From: an uncultured Chloroflexia bacterium
GTDB taxonomy: Bacteria > Chloroflexota > Anaerolineae > Anaerolineales > UBA4823
NCBI GenBank assembly: GCA_963788145.1
Contig: CAWBFQ010000003.1
Span: forward strand, 219,716-283,715
Direction: 5' to 3'
DNA length: 64,000 nucleotides
Program-made: the position numbers and the translations under genes
Shown here: one piece after another, positions 40,042 through 49,574 of the stretch
How positions within the stretch are numbered: position 1 is the stretch's first letter
Layout: every line of letters starts with the position of its first letter
Notes under the pieces: model-generated
Databases searched by the model: none
What the model was told of the DNA's origin: nothing
Seen by the model: the letters and a program-made list of their open reading frames with translations, nothing else

Positions 40042-40866
40042 CTAAAGGGAGGCAGCCAACTGAACCTGTTGGACCGCTGCGCGAACCCCAAGCATTTGCA
40101 ACAGTGCACCCTGCAGCCGGGCAGGATCGTCGGTGGTTTGATAGGTGACGCTCCCAACCCGGGCGGGTTTTGTTGGCTGCAGTAATCCATTCGCGTCTAA
40201 AACGTGCCGCACCTGACGGGCAACGGCTGGCGCAGGATCAATCACGCGCACATGTGTTCCAGCGATCTGCTGGATCAATGGGATCACGAAGGGATAATGG
40301 GTGCAGCCCAGCACTACCGTGTCTGCGCCCTGGGCAAGCATGGGTTGGAGTGCATCTGCGAGAATCGAGCGCGTGACTGGACCATCCAGATCACCTTTTT
40401 CAATTTGGGTCACTAACCCAGGGCAAGTGTGCTGCAGCACAGTGACGCCCTTCGCAAAGCGCTCAATCACCGAGGCGTATAACGCTCCCTGAAATGTGGC
40501 GGTTGTGGCAAGCACTGCAACAGTTTTGCTTTCCGTGTGCTCGGCGGCAGGCTTGACTGCTGGCTCCATTCCAACAAAGGGGGTTTCTGGGAAGGTCTGG
40601 CGTAGGGATTGCAGCGCGGCGGCGGAAGCGGCGTTGCAAGCTACAACGATGATCTTTGCTCCATTTTCTAATAGATGTCGGCTGATTCTTTCTGCAAATT
40701 GGCGCACTTGCAGCAGCGGGCGCGGCCCATAAGGAACATTCGCCTGATCGGCCAGGAAGAACAGATCTTCAGAGGGCAATTCTTGACGAATCGCCCGCAG
40801 GACCGATAGCCCCCCGACGCCCGAATCAAATATCCCGATGGGAGAGATATCTTGTGGGAAAGACAC
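40042..40866 (-). CDS. murI: Glutamate racemase
   Basis: Motifs seen are IGIFDSGVGGLSVLRAI, ADQANVPYGPR, VVACNAASA and VLGCTHYP. Confidence 0.9.
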   Translation of the reverse strand: MSFPQDISPIGIFDSGVGGLSVLRAIRQELPSEDLFFLADQANVPYGPRPLLQVRQFAERISRHLLENGAKIIVVACNAASAAALQSLRQTFPETPFVGMEPAVKPAAEHTESKTVAVLATTATFQGALYASVIERFAKGVTVLQHTCPGLVTQIEKGDLDGPVTRSILADALQPMLAQGADTVVLGCTHYPFVIPLIQQIAGTHVRVIDPAPAVARQVRHVLDANGLLQPTKPARVGSVTYQTTDDPARLQGALLQMLGVRAAVQQVQLAASL

Positions 40867-40867
40867 G

Positions 40868-41593
40868 TTATATATGGTTGGTCGCGCTGTGAATAAAGGA
40901 GTTGAAGAGAGCTTGCATCGCGGGATCCTTTTTCAACCATTCAGGATGCCATTGCACAGCAACCCCAAACGGGTATTCAGGCAGTTCAAAGGCTTCGATC
41001 ACGCCATCGGGGGAATAGGCGCTGGGCTTAAGACTGGCCGCCAGTTGGCGGATACCCTGGTGATGTTGGCTGTTGACCTGGGCTTCGGTCTGCTGCATGA
41101 TCTGGTGGATCTGGCTGTTTGGATCAATTATGACGGAGTGCCAAAGGTGATCGCGAGGCAATGTCTCTGGGGTTTGGTGGCTTAGTGATCCGGGATATTG
41201 GTCCAGCAGGTCTTCATATAATGTTCCACCCAGGGCGACATTGATTAACTGCAATCCCCGGCATATCCCGAAGAATGGACGTTTCAGTTCCATGATCCGT
41301 TCAAGCAGATAGATCTCAACCCGATCGCGGTCTGGATCAATATTATCCACTCGCGAGTGAGACTGGCTTCCGTATGTTTCTGGTAAAATATCTCCGCCGC
41401 CGGAGAACAACAAGCCATCCAGTCGGTTAAGCAAGTCATCCATTTGCATGGGTGACAGACCCAGCGGGACCAGAACAGGAATCCCCCCTGATTCTGCAAT
41501 AGATGATACGTAGGCTTCGTTAATGCAGAGCTGGGCATATCCGGATCGGTTTTGGGTGCGATAAGTCGTAATTCCTATTAGCGGAGTATTCAT
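40868..41593 (-). CDS. Class I glutamine amidotransferase-like hydrolase (peptidase C26, gamma-glutamyl-GABA hydrolase family)
   Basis: Motifs seen are PLIGITTY, GGGDI, GICRGLQLINVALGGTLYEDL and VQWHPE. Confidence 0.8.
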   Translation of the reverse strand: MNTPLIGITTYRTQNRSGYAQLCINEAYVSSIAESGGIPVLVPLGLSPMQMDDLLNRLDGLLFSGGGDILPETYGSQSHSRVDNIDPDRDRVEIYLLERIMELKRPFFGICRGLQLINVALGGTLYEDLLDQYPGSLSHQTPETLPRDHLWHSVIIDPNSQIHQIMQQTEAQVNSQHHQGIRQLAASLKPSAYSPDGVIEAFELPEYPFGVAVQWHPEWLKKDPAMQALFNSFIHSATNHI

Positions 41594-41625
41594 CGCGCAT
41601 GCCTTTTTGCTTTCAGCCTGATTCG

Positions 41626-41657
41626 AAAAGGGCGCAGCACTGATGAAGTCTGCGCCC
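41626..41657 (-). terminator. Intrinsic terminator downstream of rplS
   Basis: On the minus strand, an 8-bp stem GGGCGCAG/CTGCGCCC (41630-41637 with 41650-41657) and a 12-nt loop are followed by TTTTCGAAT. It lies 20 nt after the rplS stop. Confidence 0.6.
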
Positions 41658-41676
41658 TGAATAGGGTTGATTGCAA

Positions 41677-42025
41677 TTAGTTGAATTTTTGTTTAAGCCG
41701 GGCGCGCTTGCCGGTGCGTTCACGCAGGAAATAAAGCTGAGCTTGGCGGACGGCAGAGTGTCGCTCGACCACAACTTTTTCAATCCGCGGGGAACGGATC
41801 AGGAAGGTTCGCTCGACGCCGATTCCATTGCTGGCTAAACGCCGCACGGTGAAATTGCCTTCATTTCCGCCGCCTCGCAGGCGAATGATAGTGCCGCGAA
41901 ATTCTTGCACGCGCTCGATTATTGCCCTCTTTAATGCGCAGGAAAACTTTTACCATGTCGCCAGGGCGGAGATCAGGGATATTGGGGTTAACAGGGGCTT
42001 CTAAAGATTTCAGCAGTTCTTCCAT
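41677..42025 (-). pseudogene. rplS: Ribosomal protein L19, reading frame broken once near 41905-41925
   Basis: From ATG 42025 (AAGGATGA upstream) the reading is MEELLKSLEAPVNPNIPDLRPGDMVKVFLRIKEGNNRA. The rest (VQEFRGTIIRLRGGGNEGNFTVRRLASNGIGVERTFLIRSPRIEKVVVERHSAVRQAQLYFLRERTGKRARL) is in another frame, as ORF 41677..41910. Confidence 0.85.
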
Positions 42026-42089
42026 CGTCTTTCATCCTTAACCGATGATTATGATTAATCCATTGGATTATTCCATTACACAACACAAA

Positions 42090-42104
42090 GCCGCCACAGG
42101 CGGC
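42090..42104 (-). promoter_or_regulatory. GC hairpin with U-rich tail at the very 5' end of the predicted rplS leader
   Basis: Minus strand reads GCCGCC-TGT-GGCGGC followed by TTTGTGTTGTG. It starts about 4 nt after the predicted transcription start and about 65 nt before the ATG. Confidence 0.35.
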
Positions 42105-42114
42105 GCGGTCAAGT

Positions 42115-42142
42115 ATTATACCACTTTGTGCATGATTTGCAA
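42115..42142 (-). promoter_or_regulatory. Strong sigma-70-type promoter for rplS
   Basis: Minus strand reads TTGCAA (42142-42137), a 16-nt spacer including TG, then TATAAT (42120-42115). This is an extended -10, TGGTATAAT. Confidence 0.5.
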
Positions 42143-42208
42143 GAAAATGAACAAACCAATTCTCCAATTCTTCCAGTGATGGTTGTCCATCAGGTATAAT
42201 GGTTTGCT

Positions 42209-43057
42209 ATGAACAAGATGATTATCCTGGAGCCTGTAGATTATTTGGTGATTGGTCACCTGACAGTCGATCTCACCCCGCAGGGAAAACGACTGGGCGG
42301 CACTGCTGCTTATTCCGCTCTGACTGCCCGCGCCCTTGGATTAAAGGTTGGGGTTGTCACTGTTTGGGGCGCGGAAATTCCTCTCGGAGCTATGGGGGAT
42401 ATTCCGGTGGTAAGCTTCCCATCCGATCAAAGCACCATCTTTGAGAACCGCTACGCGGATGTGGCGCGCACACAATATCTGATCCAACGCGCAGATGATA
42501 TTGAATATTATCATGTACCTGAACCGTGGCGCTCTGCCAGAATTGTTCATCTTGGACCAGTTGCCCAGGAGATTGGACCTGGTTTCAGCCGAAATTTTCC
42601 CAATGCCTGGATTGGGGTTACGCCGCAAGGCTGGCTGCGTCAATGGGATGCGGATGGGAAAGTCAGCCCGGTTGAATGGCCAGAGGCTGGTTATGTTTTG
42701 GAACAAGCCGGTGCAGCTGTGATCAGTGTGGATGATGTCGATGAGAATGAAGACCGCATCGATGAAATGGCAGCTTTTTGCCGAGTGCTGGCTGTAACCG
42801 AAAGCCGTTTAGGCGCGCGTGTCTATTGGAATGGAGATGTCCGCCGGTTCCATCCTCCCAACGTAGAAGAAGTTGACCCAACCGGCGCCGGGGATATCTT
42901 TGCAGCCGCTTTCTTTGTGCGCCTCTTTGCCACGCGTGATCCATGGGAGGCAGGAAGGTACGCCACGCATCTGAGCGCCATCTCGGTCACCCGACCTGGG
43001 CTGGAGGGTATCCCTACTCAGGATGAAATTAATGCCTGTCTGGTAGAGGTTTTCTGA
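42209..43057 (+). CDS. PfkB-family carbohydrate/nucleoside kinase
   Basis: Contains GGTAAYSALTARALGLKVGVVT and the C-terminal DPTGAGDIFAAAFF motif. TATAAT at 42195-42200 lies only 8 nt upstream of the ATG. Confidence 0.75.
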   Translation: MNKMIILEPVDYLVIGHLTVDLTPQGKRLGGTAAYSALTARALGLKVGVVTVWGAEIPLGAMGDIPVVSFPSDQSTIFENRYADVARTQYLIQRADDIEYYHVPEPWRSARIVHLGPVAQEIGPGFSRNFPNAWIGVTPQGWLRQWDADGKVSPVEWPEAGYVLEQAGAAVISVDDVDENEDRIDEMAAFCRVLAVTESRLGARVYWNGDVRRFHPPNVEEVDPTGAGDIFAAAFFVRLFATRDPWEAGRYATHLSAISVTRPGLEGIPTQDEINACLVEVF

Positions 43058-43066
43058 GGATTACCA

Positions 43067-43858
43067 ATGGGACGCATCTACACTATTGCCAACCAAAAAG
43101 GCGGGGTTGGAAAGACCACTACCGCGATCAACCTGGGAGCTTATCTGGCTTATTATGGACAAAAAGTGCTGTTGGTCGATCTGGACCCTCAGTCCAACGC
43201 GACCTCTTGCTTGAAGATTGATAAGTACGGAGTTAAAGGCGGCACTTATGAAGTGTTGATCGGCGCAGCGCCCGCGGCGAATTTCATCTTACATAACCCA
43301 CGTTTGAAGCTCTCGCTTCTCCCGGCTTCGCCGTCTCTAGCAGGTGGTGAGGTGGAACTGGTCAACGAGTTGGCTCGCGAAACCCGCTTGAAGAAGGGGT
43401 TAGAACACATCATCGATCGCTATGATTACATCATTATCGATTGCCCGCCATCGTTAGGACTATTGACGCTCAATGGCCTGGTAGCAGCGAAAGATGGCGT
43501 GATTATCCCGGTGCAATGTGAATACCTGGCGCTAGAAGGGCTCAGCCAGCTTACTCAAACTCTGGAGCGGGTACACGAAGCCATTAGCCCTGAACTGGCG
43601 GTGCGTGGAGTGGTGTTGACTATGTTCGATAGCCGCACCATTTTAGCCAATGATGTGGTTCAGGAAGTCCGCCGTTTCTTCGGGGATCGCGTATTCAAGG
43701 CCATTGTCCCGCGCAGCATTCGCCTGGCTGAAGCTCCATCCTATGGTCAGCCGATCTCAATTTATGCCCCAGGGTCCAACGGCGCTCAGGCTTATGCAGC
43801 CCTGGCGCATGAAGTACTGGAGGAAGATGGAATCCGTATCCCTTTGCCGGAAATGTGA
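43067..43858 (+). CDS. parA: Chromosome-partitioning ATPase ParA/Soj
   Basis: Has the deviant Walker A motif IANQKGGVGKTTTAINLGAYLA, plus DYIIIDCPPSLG and IPRSIRLAEAPSYGQPI. Confidence 0.9.
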   Translation: MGRIYTIANQKGGVGKTTTAINLGAYLAYYGQKVLLVDLDPQSNATSCLKIDKYGVKGGTYEVLIGAAPAANFILHNPRLKLSLLPASPSLAGGEVELVNELARETRLKKGLEHIIDRYDYIIIDCPPSLGLLTLNGLVAAKDGVIIPVQCEYLALEGLSQLTQTLERVHEAISPELAVRGVVLTMFDSRTILANDVVQEVRRFFGDRVFKAIVPRSIRLAEAPSYGQPISIYAPGSNGAQAYAALAHEVLEEDGIRIPLPEM

Positions 43859-44724
43859 ACATGGTTCGTAAAACTGGACTTGGAAGAGGTTTAGACGCCT
43901 TAATCCCTGGCAGCGATCACCCGCAGACTTCAGGTGTGCTCACGCTGCCGGTGGAACAGATCATCCCGAACCCGCGCCAGCCCCGCTCGCATTTTGACCC
44001 GGATGAACTGAGCGAATTAGCAGATTCAATCCGTGAGCATGGCATCTTGCAGCCGTTGATTGTCACTGAGAGTGATGAGCTAGGCCAATATGTGCTGGTT
44101 GCGGGCGAGAGGAGATTATTGGCAGCTCGCCAGGCCGGGCTGGAGCGCGTACCAGCGATGATTCGAACGGCCAGTGATCTGGAACGGCTTGAACTGGCTT
44201 TAATCGAGAACATCCAGCGATCCAACCTCGGTCCACTCGAAGCCGCCGAAGCGTATCGCCAGCTCTCAGAAGATTTTGGGTTGTCTCATGAGGAAATCTC
44301 CCACCGAGTAGCGAAAAGCCGGGTGACGGTGACGAATACACTGCGGCTGCTCAAGCTCCCCGAAAGCGTCCAGGTTGCTTTGGCGCAGGGCGAGATCAGC
44401 GAAGGCCATGCCAGGGCATTGTTGGGGCTGGCCACGCCCCAGGCTCAAGCGGCTGCGCTACAGACCATCCTGACCCAGGAATTGAATGTCCGCCAGACCG
44501 AAGCTCTGGTGCGGCGCCTGAGCGGTGAACGACCCAAACCGACTGAGAAAACCGCCCCCTCCCCAGAAATCAATGACCTGGCAGATCGGTTACAAGCTTT
44601 TCTGGGTACTCGGGTGAGCCTTTCTGGGCGGGAAAAAAAAGGAAAGATTACCATTTTTTATTATTCTGAAGAAGAATTAAACGCCCTGGTGGATCGACTG
44701 CTGGGGCCAACCTGGGATAATTAA
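43855..44724 (+). CDS. parB: Chromosome-partitioning protein ParB/Spo0J
   Basis: Motifs seen are GLGRGLDALIP, NPRQPR, GILQPLIV, VAGERRLLAARQAGL and ENIQRSNL. The start is GTG 43855, overlapping the parA stop, or ATG 43861. Confidence 0.9.
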   Translation: MNMVRKTGLGRGLDALIPGSDHPQTSGVLTLPVEQIIPNPRQPRSHFDPDELSELADSIREHGILQPLIVTESDELGQYVLVAGERRLLAARQAGLERVPAMIRTASDLERLELALIENIQRSNLGPLEAAEAYRQLSEDFGLSHEEISHRVAKSRVTVTNTLRLLKLPESVQVALAQGEISEGHARALLGLATPQAQAAALQTILTQELNVRQTEALVRRLSGERPKPTEKTAPSPEINDLADRLQAFLGTRVSLSGREKKGKITIFYYSEEELNALVDRLLGPTWDN

Positions 44725-44727
44725 ACG

Positions 44728-46329
44728 ATGTATATCTACAACGCCCGCATTTACACCATGGATCTGGCCCAGCCGATGGTTTCGGCGCTGGCTATCCGCG
44801 ATGGAAAAGTGGTTGCTGCAGGAAATGACTCGCAGATTTTGATGGAATTCTCAGGACAGATGGCGGGGCAAGACTTGCATGGACAGACCATTTTACCAGG
44901 ATTGACCGATGCTCACCTGCACTTGGAATACTATTCCCTCGGTTTGAAGAAAATAGACTGTGAAACAGCGACGAAAGCCGAGTGTTTGCGGCGGGTGGCG
45001 GAACGGGCCGCCAAAGCGCCAGAAGGGGAGTGGATTCTTGGTCACGGCTGGAACCAGAATAGCTGGCCGGAGGGTTTTGGCAGCGCCGTTGAGTTGGAGG
45101 AGGTAGCTTTCGGTCATCCGGTTTATCTGACGGCCAAATCACTGCATGCCGCCTGGGCCAATACCGCCGCACTGCATCTGGCCGGGCTTGACGAACAATC
45201 CGCAGACCCGCCGGATGGGAAGTTGGGGCGCGCAGCCGATGGTCGCCTGAATGGGATTCTCTTCGAGGGGGCGATGGGTCTGGTTTCGCAAGTCACACCC
45301 GTCCCCACTCCCGCAGAGTTAGCTCAGGCGCTGCGGGATGCCCAATCGAACCTCTGGCAAATGGGCCTGACAGGCGTGCATGATTTCGACCGCCGGCGCT
45401 GTTTCCAGGCGCTGCAGATTCTGCATCAGCAGGATGAGTTGCATTTGCGCGTTCTGAAGAGCATTCCGCTGGAAGACCTGCCTCTTGCGGTTGGGTTGGG
45501 TTTGCGCAGTGGGTTTGGCGACGATTGGTTGAAGATTGGCAGCGTCAAGCTCTTTGCCGATGGCGCTCTGGGACCGCAGACTGCGGCAATGCTCCAACCC
45601 TATGAAGGCAGTCTGGATGAGCGTGGCTCGTTGTTCCTGGATGCTGAAGAGATCGTCGAGCATGGCAAGCTGGCGGTCGAGAACGGTCTGTCATTGGCTG
45701 TGCATGCCATCGGAGACCGCGCCAATCATGAGGTGCTGCAGGCGATCAGCCGCCTACGCCAATTTGAGCGTGAGATCACAGGCGCCTCTGCAGGGAATTC
45801 CAAGACAGAATTGCGCCACCGGATCGAGCATGTTCAACTAATCCATCCCGACGACGCAGGCAGGCTGGCGAAATTGGGGATCATCGCTTCAATGCAGCCC
45901 CTCCACGCCACTTCAGATATGGAGATGGCCGATCGCTATTGGGGAGAGCGGGCAAAAACTTCCTATGCCTGGAAATTGCAACTGGATCATGGCGCAGCGC
46001 TGGCGTTTGGATCGGACGCGCCAGTGGAATCGCCCAATCCGTTCCTGGGGCTGCACGCCGCGGTAACGCGCCAGCGGCTGGATGGCAGCCCTTCTGTGGA
46101 CGGATGGATCCCGGAGCAGAGGATCGCCCTGGAGCAGGCTATTCAGGCCTATACTACCGGAGCGGCCTATGCAGCCGGCTGGGAAGATCGGTTGGGACAA
46201 TTGAAGCCGGGTTACCTGGCTGATTTGATCCTGTTGGATCGAGATCCTTTTGAGCTTCCACCACAGGAACTGGGCGCCCTCTCGCCTGAGGCAACCATGG
46301 TGGGTGGTGAATGGGTTTTTCAGAAATAA
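44728..46329 (+). CDS. Metal-dependent amidohydrolase (Amidohydro_3 family)
   Basis: 533 aa. Motifs seen are LPGLTDAHLHL, KLFADGALG, AVHAIGD, HRIEHVQL and GSDAPVE. Confidence 0.75.
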   Translation: MYIYNARIYTMDLAQPMVSALAIRDGKVVAAGNDSQILMEFSGQMAGQDLHGQTILPGLTDAHLHLEYYSLGLKKIDCETATKAECLRRVAERAAKAPEGEWILGHGWNQNSWPEGFGSAVELEEVAFGHPVYLTAKSLHAAWANTAALHLAGLDEQSADPPDGKLGRAADGRLNGILFEGAMGLVSQVTPVPTPAELAQALRDAQSNLWQMGLTGVHDFDRRRCFQALQILHQQDELHLRVLKSIPLEDLPLAVGLGLRSGFGDDWLKIGSVKLFADGALGPQTAAMLQPYEGSLDERGSLFLDAEEIVEHGKLAVENGLSLAVHAIGDRANHEVLQAISRLRQFEREITGASAGNSKTELRHRIEHVQLIHPDDAGRLAKLGIIASMQPLHATSDMEMADRYWGERAKTSYAWKLQLDHGAALAFGSDAPVESPNPFLGLHAAVTRQRLDGSPSVDGWIPEQRIALEQAIQAYTTGAAYAAGWEDRLGQLKPGYLADLILLDRDPFELPPQELGALSPEATMVGGEWVFQK

Positions 46330-46334
46330 GGTAT

Positions 46335-49300
46335 TTAGTTTAAGGACGCTGTGATCGCTTTCACCTGAACCAGTTCAGCAAACACTACCAACCGTTTGAG
46401 ATAGGTTTGCAAATTGGGATCCCAGCCGGTGCAGGTGATTAAGGTCAACTGCGGATTGTCGCTGGGCTGAATGACGCCGATATCGGTGTCATTCACGGTG
46501 TTTTGATCCTTCACCCGGTAGGTGTAGATCTTCTTTTCGGTATAGACATGGATCAGGTCGCCGGTTTTCAGATCCTTGAGGTTCCAGAACGGTCCCCTCT
46601 CGCCAGTGACTAAGTCCACATGACCGGCCAGCCCAGTGTTGCTGCCCAGCCCCGGCCAGGAGGTATCGCCCATCCAGGCGATCTCCTGTTTCAGACCGCT
46701 GATCAGCCAGGTGCTGCCGCTGAAAGGAACATATTTCACTACAGTATCCAGCGCCATCGCCGGGATGACCAGCCGCTTGACAGCGGAGCTATCCGGCTCG
46801 CCGCCATCCGGTCCCACCGAAGGCAGCGCGGTTGGGGTGGGAATTGTGAAGTCCGGCAGGTTGGATGGGGTTGCAGTGGGCAGCAGGTGGCTGATATCGA
46901 TTTCACCGTTGGTGAGGGTTGGTGTGGGCAGCGCCGGATCAACCGCCGGTTGGTTGGCGTCTGGTGTCGGGCGGAGCGGCAATAATTCCACCGTTTCTTC
47001 GCCATCCTCGAAGGCTGTTTCCGTCGGCGCCTTTACGGCGGTCTTTGTTGGGGGGATGGTGGAGGCGGGTAGAATTGGCAGCGATGTCGCGATCGGCGGC
47101 TTATCACCCGCGAGCATGGACAATTCAGCGGTTTTTTCATTTGCGGGGAAGAGCAAGAAAGTCGCAATTGCGAAAAGCAGCGCAAGACCGCAAAAAATCG
47201 CTCCAATGCGGGCATATCGGCCAGCAGAGAGCGGTTTGTTGCGTGCAGCCCACAAACTATAAACAAGCAGCGCCAGCCCAAGCAGCAGGAACAACCCGCC
47301 CAATCCCATTCCAATCAACGCGCTGCCAGAGATAGCTGCGCTGGATACGCCCCCGCCTGTTCCGGGCAGCGTTCCCGATGGCAGCACGCGGTAGGATACC
47401 GGGCTGGTTTCAATTTCGGGGCCTGACCCTGTCCATTTAACATAAGCACGGTTGCGGTAGGTTTTTGCAACGGTGACGGAAGAGTTCACCCGGGCGGTGA
47501 TTACAATGGTGGTTTTTTCGCTCGGGTACATAGTGGGGATTCTGATCTCCACCTCGCGTGTGGTGGTGTTGAGCTGGGCGGTGCCGCGGCTGGTGCTCGC
47601 GCTGGTTAGATCGACTGCAACCGGGAAATAGTCATTGACGATAATACTGCTGGCTGTATCCGTTCCGATATTTCTTAGTACGATTTGAAAAGTGAAAGTC
47701 TCTCCTACCTGAGCCTGGATCGGTGAAACCGTTTTGACCATGGAGAGCAGGGAGTTAGGCGAGGTGGTTATGGTAGTACGGTCCTCGGCGTTAGATCTGC
47801 TGGGGCGTCCTGGTAAATCAGTGCCGCTGGCTTCTACGAGGTTGATTGTTTCAACTCCAACCGGACTGCTGACCACCTTTGCGCCGATCGAGAAGGAGAT
47901 CTTCTCTCCTGCGCCGAGAGATCGGGTTGGGAATACCCAGGCGTAGACATTCCCGGATTGAACCAGGGCGTTCATCGTATGGCCGTTTTTATTAATTGAG
48001 ACAAAGGTGAGATTGCTGTAAAGCGTGTCGGTGACTCTTATTGACCCGGGTGCGAGCGCAAGGCTGCCAACATTCGTGATGCTGATGGTATAAGAGACGG
48101 ATTCGCCGGGAAATACCGTACTCAGCCCATCCGTCTTTGTCACTTGAATAAATCCTGCTGGTGAAATAACCGTCTCGACCTCATTCGATTCCAGCGTAAA
48201 GCTGGGTGTGCCCCAGGTCACAGAGGCGGTGTTGGTGATGACGCGCGGCTGCTCGCCAATACCCTGGTTGCCGCGCACGCCAAGGATGATCAATGCTTTT
48301 TGATCGCGCGGGATCGAAACGTAAGAGTTCAACTGTTGACTGGAGATAAAACAGGTGGAACTACTCCCGACGTATTGGTTCGAGAGGGTGCTTTTATAAC
48401 GGATTGTGCAAGAGGTCGAATCCAGCGTATCGGTGAGCGTGTCTCTAACCAACGCTCCGATCGAATTGGCTAACTGGCTGGTGTTGGTGATCGTGAGCGT
48501 GTAATAGAATGTCTCGCCAGCCAATACATTATCATCGGATACCGATTTGAGAATCTCCAAACCTCCAACCACAAAGGATGTGCCGGAAACATTGTTTGCC
48601 ATGTTCCAGTCGTGGGTGGCGCTGGAGACCCGGGCGGTGTTGATCACCTGCTTGCCGCTGGCGTCGCTCTTCGGGCGGGATGTCAGCGTAATGGCGATTA
48701 TGTCTCCACGCTGCATACTGGCGAACGAGAATGATATTGCGTGGGGATCGGGGATCGGCTGAGGATTTCCGTTCAAAGTAATTCTTGTGACGGTGATCCC
48801 ATCTAATTCGGCGGGAAGGGTTTCTGTAATCAGTACACTTCGGGCCAGCGTTGGGCCGTTATTGGTAATCACCAGTGTATAAGTGATCGGGGTATTTGTG
48901 GAAGAGACTGGGATAGGCGCCTGGCGTTTCTTGATAGCCAGGTCTGCGCTGCGAATTGGGGTCACAACGGAGCTTTCCGCTGTTGGCGTGCTTTCATCCC
49001 CTACAAATAAATAGGCGGTATTAGTGACGAGATCACTGGCAATATTCGAGGCAACATTAACATTGATCTGGATGGGTTCGATCGTAGCAGTCCCCTGAGG
49101 AATATTCTCGGTATAAAAACAGCTCACGACTGTGGTGGTGCTTGCACTGCAATTCCATTTTCCCACTATGGTTTGAGGCGTCCAGGTCATCCCGCTGGGT
49201 AAATTGTCCTGGATGCCAAAAGTGGAATTCACGGTTTCTGTATTCAGGCGTTGGATGCTGATGATGTAGTAATTGTTTGTACCGACTGTGAAGGTCTGAG

Positions 49301-49574
49301 GGGATTTGGATTTGGAAATTCCTAATTCGAATAGAGCCAGCGGCACGGATACTCGATCTTCTTGAATGCTCCCTTGATCGTCAGCGGGTCCGTTGGCAGG
49401 GATTATCCCCGCTGCTGATCCTGAAGATAACCCTACTTTTTCCTGTTCAATATATTGGGCTGATACGGCTGTCAGCCAGGTCGTCAAGAACAACCCGCTG
49501 AAGATCAGCGCCACAAGCGGCGGCAGGTATCTGCGCCAGGAATTTATACCAGGGTTGTGAGTGTCCATCCGCAT
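46335..49574 (-). CDS. Single ORF reading as signal anchor, DUF11-type surface repeats, LPGTG sorting signal (TM plus basic tail), second TM, Pro-rich linker and sortase catalytic domain
   Basis: 1079 aa.
- DUF11-type repeats include ITYTLVITNNGPTLARSVLITETLP and SYTISITNVGSLA.
- LPGTG is at codons 736-740 (47355-47369), followed by the TM helix ALIGMGLGGLFLLLGLALLVYSLW and the tail AARNK.
- A second TM helix reads IGAIFCGLALLFAIATFLLF.
- The sortase motifs are LAGH (His at 46620-46622), TLITC (Cys at 46431-46433) and RLVVFA. Confidence 0.7.
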   Translation of the reverse strand: MRMDTHNPGINSWRRYLPPLVALIFSGLFLTTWLTAVSAQYIEQEKVGLSSGSAAGIIPANGPADDQGSIQEDRVSVPLALFELGISKSKSPQTFTVGTNNYYIISIQRLNTETVNSTFGIQDNLPSGMTWTPQTIVGKWNCSASTTTVVSCFYTENIPQGTATIEPIQINVNVASNIASDLVTNTAYLFVGDESTPTAESSVVTPIRSADLAIKKRQAPIPVSSTNTPITYTLVITNNGPTLARSVLITETLPAELDGITVTRITLNGNPQPIPDPHAISFSFASMQRGDIIAITLTSRPKSDASGKQVINTARVSSATHDWNMANNVSGTSFVVGGLEILKSVSDDNVLAGETFYYTLTITNTSQLANSIGALVRDTLTDTLDSTSCTIRYKSTLSNQYVGSSSTCFISSQQLNSYVSIPRDQKALIILGVRGNQGIGEQPRVITNTASVTWGTPSFTLESNEVETVISPAGFIQVTKTDGLSTVFPGESVSYTISITNVGSLALAPGSIRVTDTLYSNLTFVSINKNGHTMNALVQSGNVYAWVFPTRSLGAGEKISFSIGAKVVSSPVGVETINLVEASGTDLPGRPSRSNAEDRTTITTSPNSLLSMVKTVSPIQAQVGETFTFQIVLRNIGTDTASSIIVNDYFPVAVDLTSASTSRGTAQLNTTTREVEIRIPTMYPSEKTTIVITARVNSSVTVAKTYRNRAYVKWTGSGPEIETSPVSYRVLPSGTLPGTGGGVSSAAISGSALIGMGLGGLFLLLGLALLVYSLWAARNKPLSAGRYARIGAIFCGLALLFAIATFLLFPANEKTAELSMLAGDKPPIATSLPILPASTIPPTKTAVKAPTETAFEDGEETVELLPLRPTPDANQPAVDPALPTPTLTNGEIDISHLLPTATPSNLPDFTIPTPTALPSVGPDGGEPDSSAVKRLVIPAMALDTVVKYVPFSGSTWLISGLKQEIAWMGDTSWPGLGSNTGLAGHVDLVTGERGPFWNLKDLKTGDLIHVYTEKKIYTYRVKDQNTVNDTDIGVIQPSDNPQLTLITCTGWDPNLQTYLKRLVVFAELVQVKAITASLN

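Noticed and set aside
42195-42211. Leaderless mRNAs: TATAAT lies 8 nt upstream of ATG 42209, and similarly TATAAT 6611-6616 lies upstream of ATG 6623
   Set aside because: Two hexamer coincidences are not enough. For the second case, a TTG start at 6593 with a good AAGGAG site is at least as likely. The point is noted but not claimed.
43067-44724. parS site or oriC (DnaA-box cluster) near parAB
   Set aside because: The best match to TGTTTCACGTGAAACA that I found is CACTTCACGTGTAACT near 23625, at 11/16 positions and inside a coding region. I saw only isolated 8/9 DnaA-box-like strings (for example TGTGGATAG near 58227) and no cluster or AT-rich unwinding region.
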